Of a stretch of 64,000 bases of DNA, positions 20,406 through 29,650 are shown in pieces; the first letter of the stretch is position 1; every line of letters starts with the position of its first letter. This stretch comes from an uncultured Chloroflexia bacterium (lineage in GTDB: Bacteria > Chloroflexota > Anaerolineae > CG2-30-64-16), in contig CAVOHP010000010.1 in assembly GCA_963695715.1 (NCBI GenBank), positions 42,749 to 106,748 on the forward strand, written 5' to 3'. Under the pieces are notes generated by a model, which worked only from the letters and a program-made list of their open reading frames with translations, was not told where the DNA came from and searched no databases. Made by a program: the position numbers and the translations under genes.

Positions 20406-21031
20406 GGGTATGCACTCATCTTTCCGAACGAAGGCTTCCGGCTGTCGCCGCGACTCGAGCGCGCCGTCACCCGGCGCGCCGACCTCGCCTGTGATCGTCC
20501 CACCAAACAGAGCCACGCCACAAGCAAACCACCCGCCAGCGTCAGATAGACGCCGGCGCTCAATGCCACGCCCTGCCAATCCGCGCTGCGCGCCACGGTC
20601 GCCAACCCGCGTAGCGTCCACACAATCCCGGCGGACAATCGCAACATACCAGAGAGAAGCGCTTCGACGATCATAGACTGGCGCGACCAGCCGAGATACA
20701 GGCCGGCCGTTGACAGCATCAACGCGCAGAGCAACAGCCCTACCCCTGTCAACGCGATCGCGACCCATCGAATCCTTTGCCGGCGCGCATCAACCATCTC
20801 AAGGCGCGCCGCCAATCCGGCCAACAGGTCGGGCGAAGGCGCGACGCTCGGAGCTTTCGCAAACAACCGGTCAGCCGCCTTCCAGTCTTCCCAGGTCGTC
20901 GCGCAGGCCGGGCACATCGCCAGGTGCGCCTGCAACCTGGCCTCTTCGGCTGAACTGGCTTCCCCATCCAGCGCCAATGACATCAACAACGTCATATCTT
21001 CGTGCATGTTATCCGGCTCCCAGAACTTCAA
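20402..21031 (-). CDS. anti-sigma factor (zinc-finger HLAMCPAC, single TM)
   Basis: 209 aa. An N-terminal zf-HC2-like motif (H..C..C) and central TM helices. Overlaps the 3' end of the ECF sigma gene. Confidence 0.6.
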   Translation of the reverse strand: MKFWEPDNMHEDMTLLMSLALDGEASSAEEARLQAHLAMCPACATTWEDWKAADRLFAKAPSVAPSPDLLAGLAARLEMVDARRQRIRWVAIALTGVGLLLCALMLSTAGLYLGWSRQSMIVEALLSGMLRLSAGIVWTLRGLATVARSADWQGVALSAGVYLTLAGGLLVAWLCLVGRSQARSARRVTARSSRGDSRKPSFGKMSAYP

Positions 21032-21617
21032 GTAATACAGGCGTCGTCTCTTGCGTCTCTCGCGCCAACTTCTGCCGCGCCCGATGCAGCCGGGTCTTCA
21101 CCGCTTGCGGCGTCAGATTCATCACATCCGCGATTTCTTTATATGACAACCCATGCCAGTAATGGAGGATCACCGGCGCGCGATATTCGGGCGCCAGCGT
21201 CGCCACCAATTCCTGCACCTCATCACGCGCTTCGTGGCGCAACACAGTCTCCTCGGGCAACGGCAGCCGGCTCGGCGGTTCCAGCCCATCCGGCGCCTCA
21301 TCAAGCGAAATCATCGGCCCGCGTCTGCGCCGTAGCCGATCAATGCAGTAATGGGCCGCAATCGAAAGGACCCAGGAAACAAGCGACCGATCCGGGCGGA
21401 ATGTGTGCATCTTGGAGTAGATCCGGACGAAGGTCTCTTGTGTCGCATCTTCGGCGTCGGCGGCATTCCCCAACATCCGATAACACAGGTTGTAGACCGG
21501 CGACGCATAGGCCTCCGCAAGGCGCGTGAATGCCCTCGCGTCTCCGGCCTGGGCCTGCGCCAACCACTCCAATTCCTGCTTACTTACAGGTGTACCCACA
21601 TATCCTCGCTCAACCAC
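21009..21617 (-). CDS. ECF (sigma-70 family) RNA polymerase sigma factor
   Basis: 202 aa with region 2 (..AEDATQETFVRIY..) and region 4 (YKEIADVMNLTPQAVKTRLHRARQKL). Confidence 0.8.
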   Translation of the reverse strand: MVERGYVGTPVSKQELEWLAQAQAGDARAFTRLAEAYASPVYNLCYRMLGNAADAEDATQETFVRIYSKMHTFRPDRSLVSWVLSIAAHYCIDRLRRRRGPMISLDEAPDGLEPPSRLPLPEETVLRHEARDEVQELVATLAPEYRAPVILHYWHGLSYKEIADVMNLTPQAVKTRLHRARQKLARETQETTPVLLEVLGAG

Positions 21618-21738
21618 GAATGGGTTTCACTATAACATACGTCAGATCATCGGCAGAGGTTTCACCACTCGCGGAATTGGCCCAACCTGGCCCCCGCTCT
21701 TATAATGATCGCCCACAGGCCAACCAGCGGAGGACCGC

Positions 21739-22767
21739 GTGAGTTCATCCCATGCATTTATCGCCATCGAAGGCGTCATCGGAGTCGGAAAGACAACCCT
21801 TGCCCGCATTCTTGGCGAGGCGCTGCCCGCCGAAGTGTTGCTGGAAGTGTTCGAGGAGAACCCCTTCCTGAGCGACTTCTACGCTGATCGCGCACGTTAC
21901 GCGTTTCAGACGCAGATTTTCTTTTTACTGAGTCGCTACCGACAACAGCATCGCGTCATCACCAGGGCGCTGCGCACTTCCCCGCTTGTCAGCGACTACC
22001 TGTTCAACAAGGATTGGTTGTTCGCGCACCTCAACCTTGCCGGCGATGAGCTGGCGATGTACGAACGCGTCTATGCGATCCTCGGCGAACAACTCCCGAC
22101 GCCCGCGCTGGTCGTCTATCTCAGAGCATCAACCGACACGCTGATGCAGCGCATTGCGTATCGCGACCGCGCGTTCGAACGGCATATGTCTCGCGACTAC
22201 ATCGAGGCGCTCGGGGTTGAGTATGAGAATCTGTTCACCCACTATTCCGACGCGCCGGTCCTCACCATTGACACAGACTATCTGGATCTGGTGGGCGACC
22301 TGGCCGCTCGCGCCCGCGTCAACAGCCAGGTCACGGAGGCCCTCGAAGGCACGCGCCAACAGCCGCTGTTCCCCGAAATGGCGGAGGACTTGAGCGGGCT
22401 GACCGGCGCGCCCCGGCCCGGTCGCCGTCTCATGGATTATCAACGGCATCGCCGCTCGCTCGGACACGTCAACGGCGATGTTGCCGATATCTTCTACGAT
22501 TACCTGTCGCTTGCGCAGGACATCGGCCGCCTGGGCGACACACTGAAACAGGTTTGGGTGCAACAAGATAGATTCCTCACGAAGCTCGGAAACCGGCAGG
22601 AAGCGCGCGATCTTGCCGTGGAAGCCCTTGCCCCCACGCTGCAAGAAGCGCTGGGAGACACCCTCGATCGCCTGCTCAAAATCGCGAACGACGCCGGTGT
22701 AGACCTGGAGAGCGCATACTTGAGCGCCCTGGAGCGCTCCGACCCCAACAGGGACGAGCCATCATGA
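21739..22767 (+). CDS. deoxynucleoside kinase fused to a C-terminal MazG-like NTP pyrophosphohydrolase domain
   Basis: N-terminal P-loop IAIEGVIGVGKTTL and the dNK core (..ERH..). The C-terminal roughly 120 aa carry ..EALGDTLDRLLKIANDAGVDLESAYLSALER, the MazG EExxE/D signature. Confidence 0.7.
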   Translation: MSSSHAFIAIEGVIGVGKTTLARILGEALPAEVLLEVFEENPFLSDFYADRARYAFQTQIFFLLSRYRQQHRVITRALRTSPLVSDYLFNKDWLFAHLNLAGDELAMYERVYAILGEQLPTPALVVYLRASTDTLMQRIAYRDRAFERHMSRDYIEALGVEYENLFTHYSDAPVLTIDTDYLDLVGDLAARARVNSQVTEALEGTRQQPLFPEMAEDLSGLTGAPRPGRRLMDYQRHRRSLGHVNGDVADIFYDYLSLAQDIGRLGDTLKQVWVQQDRFLTKLGNRQEARDLAVEALAPTLQEALGDTLDRLLKIANDAGVDLESAYLSALERSDPNRDEPS

Positions 22768-23402
22768 TCAAGCGCTTTGTCGCCATTGCCGGCAATATCG
22801 GAGTGGGAAAGTCCACGCTGACGGGTTTGCTAAGCAGCCGGCTCGGCTGGGAACCTTTCTACGAAGCGGTGTCCGATAACCCCTACCTCGCGGACTTCTA
22901 TCAAGACATGCCGCGGTATGCCTTCCACTCGCAGGTGTTTTTCCTCTCGCGCCGCTTGCGTCATCATCGCCGCCTGCTCGATTTCCCAGGCTCCGTCGTG
23001 CAGGATCGCACGGTGTACGAAGACGCTGAGATCTTCGCCCGCGCGCTCTATGAGCAGGGCCACATCTTGCCGCGCGATTATCAGACCTATCGTGAGCTTT
23101 ACGAAGTGCTTACGCTGTTCTTGCCGCCGCCCGATCTGGTCGTCTACCTTCGGGCTTCCACCCCCACCCTCTTGCAGCGCATCACGTATCGCGGTCGAGC
23201 CTTCGAGCGCAACATCGAGCCGGAATACCTGGAACATCTCGGCGCGCTCTACGAATCGTGGCTGGAAGAGTTCGCCATCTGTCCGGTGCTCACCATTCCC
23301 ACCGATGATCTCGATTTCGTCCACAACCATAAGCATCTCGACCTCATCGTTGCCACAATCGAGGAGAAACTCAGCGGCAAAGACGAAATGGTGCTTCCGT
23401 GA
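22764..23402 (+). CDS. deoxynucleoside kinase (dAK/dGK-like), second of a tandem pair
   Basis: 212 aa with VAIAGNIGVGKSTL and a conserved dNK core. Start overlaps the upstream stop (ATGA). Confidence 0.8.
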   Translation: MIKRFVAIAGNIGVGKSTLTGLLSSRLGWEPFYEAVSDNPYLADFYQDMPRYAFHSQVFFLSRRLRHHRRLLDFPGSVVQDRTVYEDAEIFARALYEQGHILPRDYQTYRELYEVLTLFLPPPDLVVYLRASTPTLLQRITYRGRAFERNIEPEYLEHLGALYESWLEEFAICPVLTIPTDDLDFVHNHKHLDLIVATIEEKLSGKDEMVLP

Positions 23403-23546
23403 ATCCGGCAGGTGACTTGCCCCGCGTCGTCTGGCGTGCTAGAATCATCGTGAGTTGAAGAGCAAAGTTGTCCGTCTGCTCATTGGCTTTCTTTTTTCTT
23501 TCATTGACCGGTCACACGCGATCTCCGAGCGCGAGGAGAGGCCGTC

Positions 23547-24614
23547 ATGGCAAACGACAATCCGTGGAGCGCCGCCACGCTGGCGCCTGACGCCGGCGTG
23601 GATAGCCGTGAACCCACGCTGGCCGTCATCGGCGACGCGCTGCATCTCGCCTGGAATCGCAACAAGACGCTCTATCATGCCGTTCTCGACGGCGCTGTGT
23701 GGAGCGCGCCGGTCAGAATCGCCGAGCGGGGAGCAACCGGCCCTGGCCGTCACCCCCGATGGCAGGCTTCACTGTCTCTTCACACACAAATTCATCGGCA
23801 ACTACGAAGTGTATCACGTCTTTCTACAGGGTGGGCGCTGGTCCCTCCCCGAGCCGGTTTCGCGCACACCCGGCATTTCCACCGATCCGGCCGTCGCCGT
23901 GGCCCCCAACGGAAGCCTTCACGCGGCATGGGCCGACACAACATCCGGCGAGTCCGCGATCTATTACGGGACACTCGATGGGTTGTTCTGGACGAGTTCG
24001 CCCATCCCCAGCGGACGAGGCGCTCTCCCCACCATCGCCATCACTTCCAGCGGCAATATTCACGTCGCCTGGCAAGATCGCACCGGCGCAGCCGACCGCT
24101 ATGACATCCTTAGCGCCACCCTACAATGATAAACTCTGGACCGTGCCGCAAATCGTCTCCAACAGTCCGGCCGCCCACTCATTGCGACCGCAACTGCTCG
24201 CCGGCGCTGACACCGACTGCTACCTGGTCTGGCAGGAAGAAGCGGCAAATCTCTATCACATCCGTTATGCAGAGCGCGGCGAGACCGGTTGGCGTTCGCC
24301 CGCCGACCTGTCTCCCGGCTCGAACGATTGCCGCCTGCCCTACCTCAGTCGCAACAGCCAGAACTTCCTGCAGAGTCGTCTGGCTCGAGGGCAAACAGCT
24401 TCGCCACCGCGTGCGCCCGCCGGAAAAACAGGCCGACTGGTGGCCCGCCGAAGTTGCCATGGTCAACAGCGAGGGTCTGAGCGAACTCAGCATGATCATT
24501 GATGCACACAACCGCGTCCACGTCGCGCTGAGCGGGTACCTCGGGGCGGAAACACACGGGGTGTTTTATTGCAGTCGAAAACCCGTCCTCGAATCGGTTG
24601 TCATCACCACATAG
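23547..24614 (+). pseudogene. repeat protein with sialidase/BNR-like beta-propeller blades; three frameshifts
   Basis: Pieces from ORFs 23547, 23455, 23699 and 24126 join as ..LHLAWNRNKTLYHAVLDGAVWSAPVRIA / GEQPALAVTPDGRLHCLF..LHAAWAD..IHVAWQDRTG / ..DCYLVWQEE..YHIRYAERGETGW / ..VVWLEGKQL..VHVALSGY.. A ..hVAW/hLVW.. motif recurs about every 45 aa. Confidence 0.45.
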
Positions 24615-24642
24615 CCGATAGAAGGATACGCCCAATCAAAAA

Positions 24643-24668
24643 ACCCGGCCTTCGCGACCGGGTTTTGC
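24643..24668. terminator. bidirectional terminator between convergent genes
   Basis: aaaaaaCCCGGccttcgcgaCCGGGttttgcttt: a stem flanked by A6 upstream and a T-rich tract downstream. Confidence 0.45.
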
Positions 24669-24736
24669 TTTGCCTGACAACAATCAATAGCGTTATGACT
24701 ACACGAATCAGAACTCGTTGACGAGTCGGGGGACGG

Positions 24737-25945
24737 CTATCTGCGCCGACTTCGCAAGGCAAGCCCACCCAGCACCAGCGCGCCAACGATCGCGCCCGCC
24801 GCAATCGCCGTCGTCCGCGGCTCGACGCCCGGCATCACCACCTTGCCGTCGCCGTAACTCTGGAACATCCGGCCCCACTTCGTATCCAGCGCATCCTCGA
24901 CCCGCTTGCGGCCTACCCGCGGATACCAGTACACGTTGTGGTAGAAGTTAGAAGCGAAATAGCTCCACGGGACGATCGGCGACCGCAGCAAAAGGTTCTC
25001 CGCCGGTTTCAGCGGCCCGTGATAGATCAACTTCTGGCCGCGGCTGGCGAACGTATCCTCCTGGACGAAGCCCCAGTCTTCGGCGGACACATCATACCCT
25101 ACGATCTCGATGTCCCTGGGATCGCCCACCCCGAGACCGAGCTCATGCCCCAACCGGATGAACTTCAAATCCATGGGGTTGAACCCCTGAATCTTGGCCG
25201 AAATCGCATCAATCGCCACCTGATCGGCCGAGGCCAGCAGGATATCCTTCTCGTGCCAGCGCATCGCGCGCGGACCCGGCCCATCGCCGGCGAACGTCCC
25301 ATCCATCACTGCGAACAGGCCGCTATGGATCTCCTGCTGAATCGCGAGCAGATCCACGACCGTCTCATGGATCACGCTGTGCGTCCAATGCCGTTTCTCC
25401 GTCAACAGCCCCCCAAAGGCGTTTTTCATCGCGCCCGTGATCGTGGTGAACACGTGGGTCTTCACGGTCGGCAATTGGATGATGTTCTTATCGAAGAAGT
25501 ACGCCGGCAGCAGGATGCCTTCCGGGAAGATACGGTCCAGGACCAGCATCGGCGTCCTGGGCGTGTAGCGAACCCATGTGATCTCGGGTTCGTACAGGTG
25601 AACGTTCCGGATCCCATACGCATCCACGACCGCTTTGTGCTTGTTGTTCTTCTCACCGACGTAGGCATCTACCACAACCGTCTTATTGTGGGCCGCCGAC
25701 AGATCGCGATACCCGTCGGCCCGCAGCTTCTTGATGACGCCTTCGACCTGCCACGGCGTGCTGGAGCAGGCCGGATACCACGTCTGCCAGGAGATGTTGA
25801 TCTTGAGGATGGTTTCGTGGTCCTGAGGCAGCGCCGCCTTGTAGCCCGCCATATCCATCACGCGGCCGACATCATCCAGCACCGTTTCGGGGCGCGTCTT
25901 CAAGACCGCCACTTTGCCCTTACCCGGAAATTCTTTCGGGATCAT
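24737..25945 (-). CDS. DUF362 domain protein with C-terminal TM anchor
   Basis: 402 aa. The DUF362-like N-terminal region (KVAVLK..ILKINISW..) is a family assignment from memory, so confidence is modest. The C-terminus TTAIAAGAIVGALVLGGLAL is hydrophobic. Confidence 0.45.
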   Translation of the reverse strand: MIPKEFPGKGKVAVLKTRPETVLDDVGRVMDMAGYKAALPQDHETILKINISWQTWYPACSSTPWQVEGVIKKLRADGYRDLSAAHNKTVVVDAYVGEKNNKHKAVVDAYGIRNVHLYEPEITWVRYTPRTPMLVLDRIFPEGILLPAYFFDKNIIQLPTVKTHVFTTITGAMKNAFGGLLTEKRHWTHSVIHETVVDLLAIQQEIHSGLFAVMDGTFAGDGPGPRAMRWHEKDILLASADQVAIDAISAKIQGFNPMDLKFIRLGHELGLGVGDPRDIEIVGYDVSAEDWGFVQEDTFASRGQKLIYHGPLKPAENLLLRSPIVPWSYFASNFYHNVYWYPRVGRKRVEDALDTKWGRMFQSYGDGKVVMPGVEPRTTAIAAGAIVGALVLGGLALRSRRR

Positions 25946-25968
25946 ATTAACCTCCGACGCACGGATAG

Positions 25969-26001
25969 CACCGCCCGCCAGAAAGCATCTGGCGGGCGGT
26001 G
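25969..26001 (-). terminator. perfect 14-bp hairpin downstream of the EF-G paralog (no U-tract)
   Basis: CACCGCCCGCCAGA-aagca-TCTGGCGGGCGGTG lies between the EF-G stop (26021) and the DUF362 start. Confidence 0.4.
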
Positions 26002-26020
26002 AAGATAGCGGATTGCGCGT

Positions 26021-28105
26021 CTATTCGTCTTCGGATTCTTCGCGATCCTGCTTGGACTGTGCGATCACCTGCTCCGCGATGTGGGCCGGCACCGGCTCGT
26101 AGTGCGACAATTTCATCGTGTAAATGCCGCGCCCCTGGGTCATCGAGCGCAAGTCAATCGCATACCGTTGCATCTCAGCCATGGGGACCTGAGCCGTCAC
26201 CACGCCCTTGCCGCGCGTTTGCTCCATACCCTGCACGCGACCGCGACGGGTATTGAGATCGCTCATGATGTCGCCCATGTACTCTTCAGGAACGGTGATG
26301 CGCGCCTCCATGATCGGCTCCAACAGCACGGGGCCGGCCTGCAAGAAGGTCTTCTTGAACACTTCGCGACCGGCGATCTGGAACGCGATGTCTTTCGAGT
26401 CAACCGGATGCATCTTGCCGTCGTAGATCTCACACCGCACATCAACGACAGGATAGCCCGCCAGCGGGCCGGCGTCCAGCCGCGAGCGGATGCCCTTTTC
26501 GATGGACGGGAAGAAGCTGTTGGAAATCGCCCCACCGAAGACGCGGGACGTATCAAACTCGAAACCGGTCCCCCGCTCGACGGGCTTGATCTCCATGTGA
26601 ACTTCGCCGAACTGACCTGCGCCGCCGGTCTGCTTCTTGTGCCGGTGATAATCCGCCGCGCTCCGCGTGATGGATTCGTTGTAGGGCACTTTCGGCATCG
26701 CCGTCGTCAACGCCACGCCGAACTTGCTCTCCATCCGCCGGATTGCGAGATCCAGATGCACCTCGCCCATGCCGGAGAGAATCGTCTCGTTCGTGCCGGG
26801 CTCAAAGCGCACGCTCAAGGTCGGGTCTTCCTCGACGGCCCGCGCCAGCGCAGGGCCCATTTTCGCCGAGTCGCCCTTGGTCTTCGGGCTGACTGCCAGC
26901 GAGAACAGCGGTTCGGGATAGATCACCGGGGGCAAGATGATCTGCGCGGACTTTTCGCATAGCGTATCGCCCGTGTTGGTGTTGACCAACTTCGTCACGC
27001 CGCCAAAATCGCCGGCAACCAGTTGCGCCACCGCCAACTGTTCCTTGCCGCGTGGCACGAAGATCTGGGCCACACGTTCCTCGGTCGCGCCGGGCAGGGT
27101 GTAAACCCGGCTATCCCCGTGGAACTTGCCGGATTGCACGCGGAAATAGGAAATCCTGCCGACAAATGGGTCGGCCACCGTCTTCCAGACGAACACCGCC
27201 AGCGGGCCATCCGCAGAGATCGGCAGCGAAATTTCGCTCTCGTTCGGCTTGTGCGCCGTGATCGCAGGAAACTCCGACGGATTGGGCATGGACGCGACCA
27301 GCGCATTCATCAACGGGATGATTGCGATGTTATTCACCGCCGAACCGCAGAACACCGGGATGACGTTGCCCGCAGCGATTCCCGCCTTCAGGCCCTTGCT
27401 GATCTCCTCAGCGGTGAGGTCGCCGCCGTCCAGGTACTTCATGATGAGATCGTCGTCGCCCTCGGCCGCGGCCTCGATCAGTTGCGTGCGCGCCGTCTCG
27501 GCGGCCTCGACCATATCCGCCGGCACATCAACCGGCGCGGCTGCGTCGCCCAGGTAGGCCTTCATCGAGATAAGGTCTACGACCCCGCGAAAGTCCGAAC
27601 CCTCACCGATAGGAAGCTGTGCCGCCACGATGTTGCCGGGAAACGCCTCGCGCAGAAGGGCCAGCGCGCCGTTGAAGCTGGCATTGTCGCGATCCATCTT
27701 GTTGATGAAGACCGCGCGCGGCAGAGACCGTTCATCGAGGAAACCCCAACCCAGGTCCGTGCCGACTTCAACCCCGGCGACGGGGTCAACCACAACCAGA
27801 CCCGAATCCGTGACGGCGACCGCGCTCTTTGTCTCACCCGAGAAATCTATGAAGCCGGGTGTGTCAACGATGTTGAGTTTGAAACCCTGCCACTCACTGG
27901 GAACCAGGGAAGCCGAGACCGAAATTTGTCGGCGAATCGCTTCATCATCCCAATCGGCGACCGTGGTACCATCCTCGACGCGGCCACGCCGGCTGGTGGC
28001 GCCCGTATTGAAGAGCATCGCCTCAGCCAATGTCGTCTTTCCCGAGCTACTATGCCCGATCAAGGCAACATTTCGCAACCGCTCTGTTGTATAATTCTCC
28101 ATCAC
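26021..28105 (-). CDS. elongation factor G paralog (EF-G2-like translational GTPase)
   Basis: 694 aa with five EF-G domains. The G1 motif is divergent (ALIGHSSSGKTTL), as seen in EF-G-like paralogs. Confidence 0.85.
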   Translation of the reverse strand: MMENYTTERLRNVALIGHSSSGKTTLAEAMLFNTGATSRRGRVEDGTTVADWDDEAIRRQISVSASLVPSEWQGFKLNIVDTPGFIDFSGETKSAVAVTDSGLVVVDPVAGVEVGTDLGWGFLDERSLPRAVFINKMDRDNASFNGALALLREAFPGNIVAAQLPIGEGSDFRGVVDLISMKAYLGDAAAPVDVPADMVEAAETARTQLIEAAAEGDDDLIMKYLDGGDLTAEEISKGLKAGIAAGNVIPVFCGSAVNNIAIIPLMNALVASMPNPSEFPAITAHKPNESEISLPISADGPLAVFVWKTVADPFVGRISYFRVQSGKFHGDSRVYTLPGATEERVAQIFVPRGKEQLAVAQLVAGDFGGVTKLVNTNTGDTLCEKSAQIILPPVIYPEPLFSLAVSPKTKGDSAKMGPALARAVEEDPTLSVRFEPGTNETILSGMGEVHLDLAIRRMESKFGVALTTAMPKVPYNESITRSAADYHRHKKQTGGAGQFGEVHMEIKPVERGTGFEFDTSRVFGGAISNSFFPSIEKGIRSRLDAGPLAGYPVVDVRCEIYDGKMHPVDSKDIAFQIAGREVFKKTFLQAGPVLLEPIMEARITVPEEYMGDIMSDLNTRRGRVQGMEQTRGKGVVTAQVPMAEMQRYAIDLRSMTQGRGIYTMKLSHYEPVPAHIAEQVIAQSKQDREESEDE

Positions 28106-28223
28106 CCCTCCTCGCCCAAATGGCAGATAGTCAACCGCGCCATTTTACGTCCAGGAAGCCGTTCTGTCAAAGAAGCGCCACAATGTGCATTACGCCACAC
28201 CCCGAGAGCGAGGTCTCACGGTC

Positions 28224-29515
28224 TTACACCGCGCCGGAAACCAGGCGCCGGCCACGGCTATGCGCCTCCGCCATGATCGTCTCCTCATCGAGTGTGAGCA
28301 GACGCCGGTCTCGCATCAGCCACTTCCCGGCGACCATCAGGTCGCTCACGTCGCGGCTTTGCGCCGTATAGAGCATGGTCTCCAACAACTCGGTTCCGCC
28401 GCTCAGCCGGGCGGTGTCCCGGTTGATCATCAGCAGATCGGCGGCGAAACCCGGCGCAAGCACCCCACTCTGCCCGAAGCCAAGCGCCGCTGCGGCCACA
28501 TGCGTCGCCATTTGCAGGCTGAACTGATCCACGGCGGCATCACGAACGTCTCTCGCCTGGAACAAGGCTGCCAGGCGCGCCTCATGCAGCATATCGAACC
28601 GGCCGCTCACCGTCGGGCGTTCCGACCCCAGGGCGACCGTGACGCCATCGCTGCGTCAGCGCGGCGACCGGCGTCGCGCCCAATCCGCTCCGGGCCTGAT
28701 ACGTCGGGCATTGCACGCAGACAACGCCCTTCGAAGCCAGGATCTCATGATCGGTTCCCGTCACGTGACTCGCATGAGCTGCAAGCACCGGCACATCCAG
28801 GACGCCGTTCCGATTGAGCATCTCCACAATCGTCATGTCATATCGCGCGAGCGCCTGATCCGCCTCGCGTTGCGTCGCCGCCAGGTGCAGATGGATGCTC
28901 GAACCCAGGCGCGCGGCCACCGCCGCCGTACGCGCCAGGAACACGGGTGAGCATTCGATCGGTGAATGCGGCCCTAATGCGGTGTGCACTCGCCCATCGC
29001 CTGCCCCCTGCCATTCTTCCACAAAGCGCGAGATGCCGGTCAAATCACGACCGAATTCGGTTTCGCGCCCGAAGGTACACCACGACAGATTGGCCCGCAG
29101 ACCGCTCTGTACCACGACCTCGGCCACCCGATCCATGAAGAAATACTGATCCGCAAAGCCGGCCACGCCATTGCGAATCATCTCACACGCAGCCAGTGCG
29201 GCGCCCCAGTAGACATCTTCGCCGGTCAAACCCGAGCCGAGCAGAAATGCCGGGTCTTCCAGCCAGCGAGTCCAGGCCGCCGCCGGGGGCCCATCCTCGA
29301 AACAATGCCATCGGGCTGTGCGTATGCGCGTTGAAAAGGCCCGGCATCACGATATGCCCGCGCGCATCCACCGTCTCATCGGCGATGAAGCCCGCCGGGG
29401 CCGCGCCCACAGCCGTGATGGCGCCGTCGGTGATCGCGATGTCCGCGTCGAACAGCAGCCGGCCATCGGCGTCGAGCGTCAGGATATCGCCATGTTGGAT
29501 GAGGATCTTGCTCAT
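28224..29515 (-). pseudogene. amidohydrolase (MtaD/SAH-MTA deaminase-like), two frameshifts
   Basis: ORF 29183-29515 has the N-terminal ..MPGLFNAHTHSPM motif. ORF 28582-29229 has the middle section. ORF 28224-28610 has the C-terminus (..GFAADLLMI.. metal-binding Asp region). The three are in different frames. Confidence 0.6.
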
Positions 29516-29586
29516 ATTTTCTCCCGAATGATGAGTCTACATCAGGTTCTTGCGTCCGCCGAATCGTCCGGTTGCGCTATCCCGCT

Positions 29587-29612
29587 TTGCATCCTGCCCC
29601 GGCTACCGTATA
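29587..29612 (+). promoter_or_regulatory. putative sigma-70 promoter (-35 TTGCAT, 16-nt spacer, -10 TATAAT)
   Basis: Sequence gcTTTGCATcctgccccggctaccgTATAATgtcc lies about 40 nt upstream of the ATG at 29651. Confidence 0.35.
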
Positions 29613-29650
29613 ATGTCCTTATCTTGACAGACCCGACGGGAGTCCTGTGC

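Noticed and set aside
24938-26002. 354-aa plus-strand ORF
   Set aside because: Antisense to the DUF362 gene, with an Arg/Asp/His-rich non-protein-like composition.
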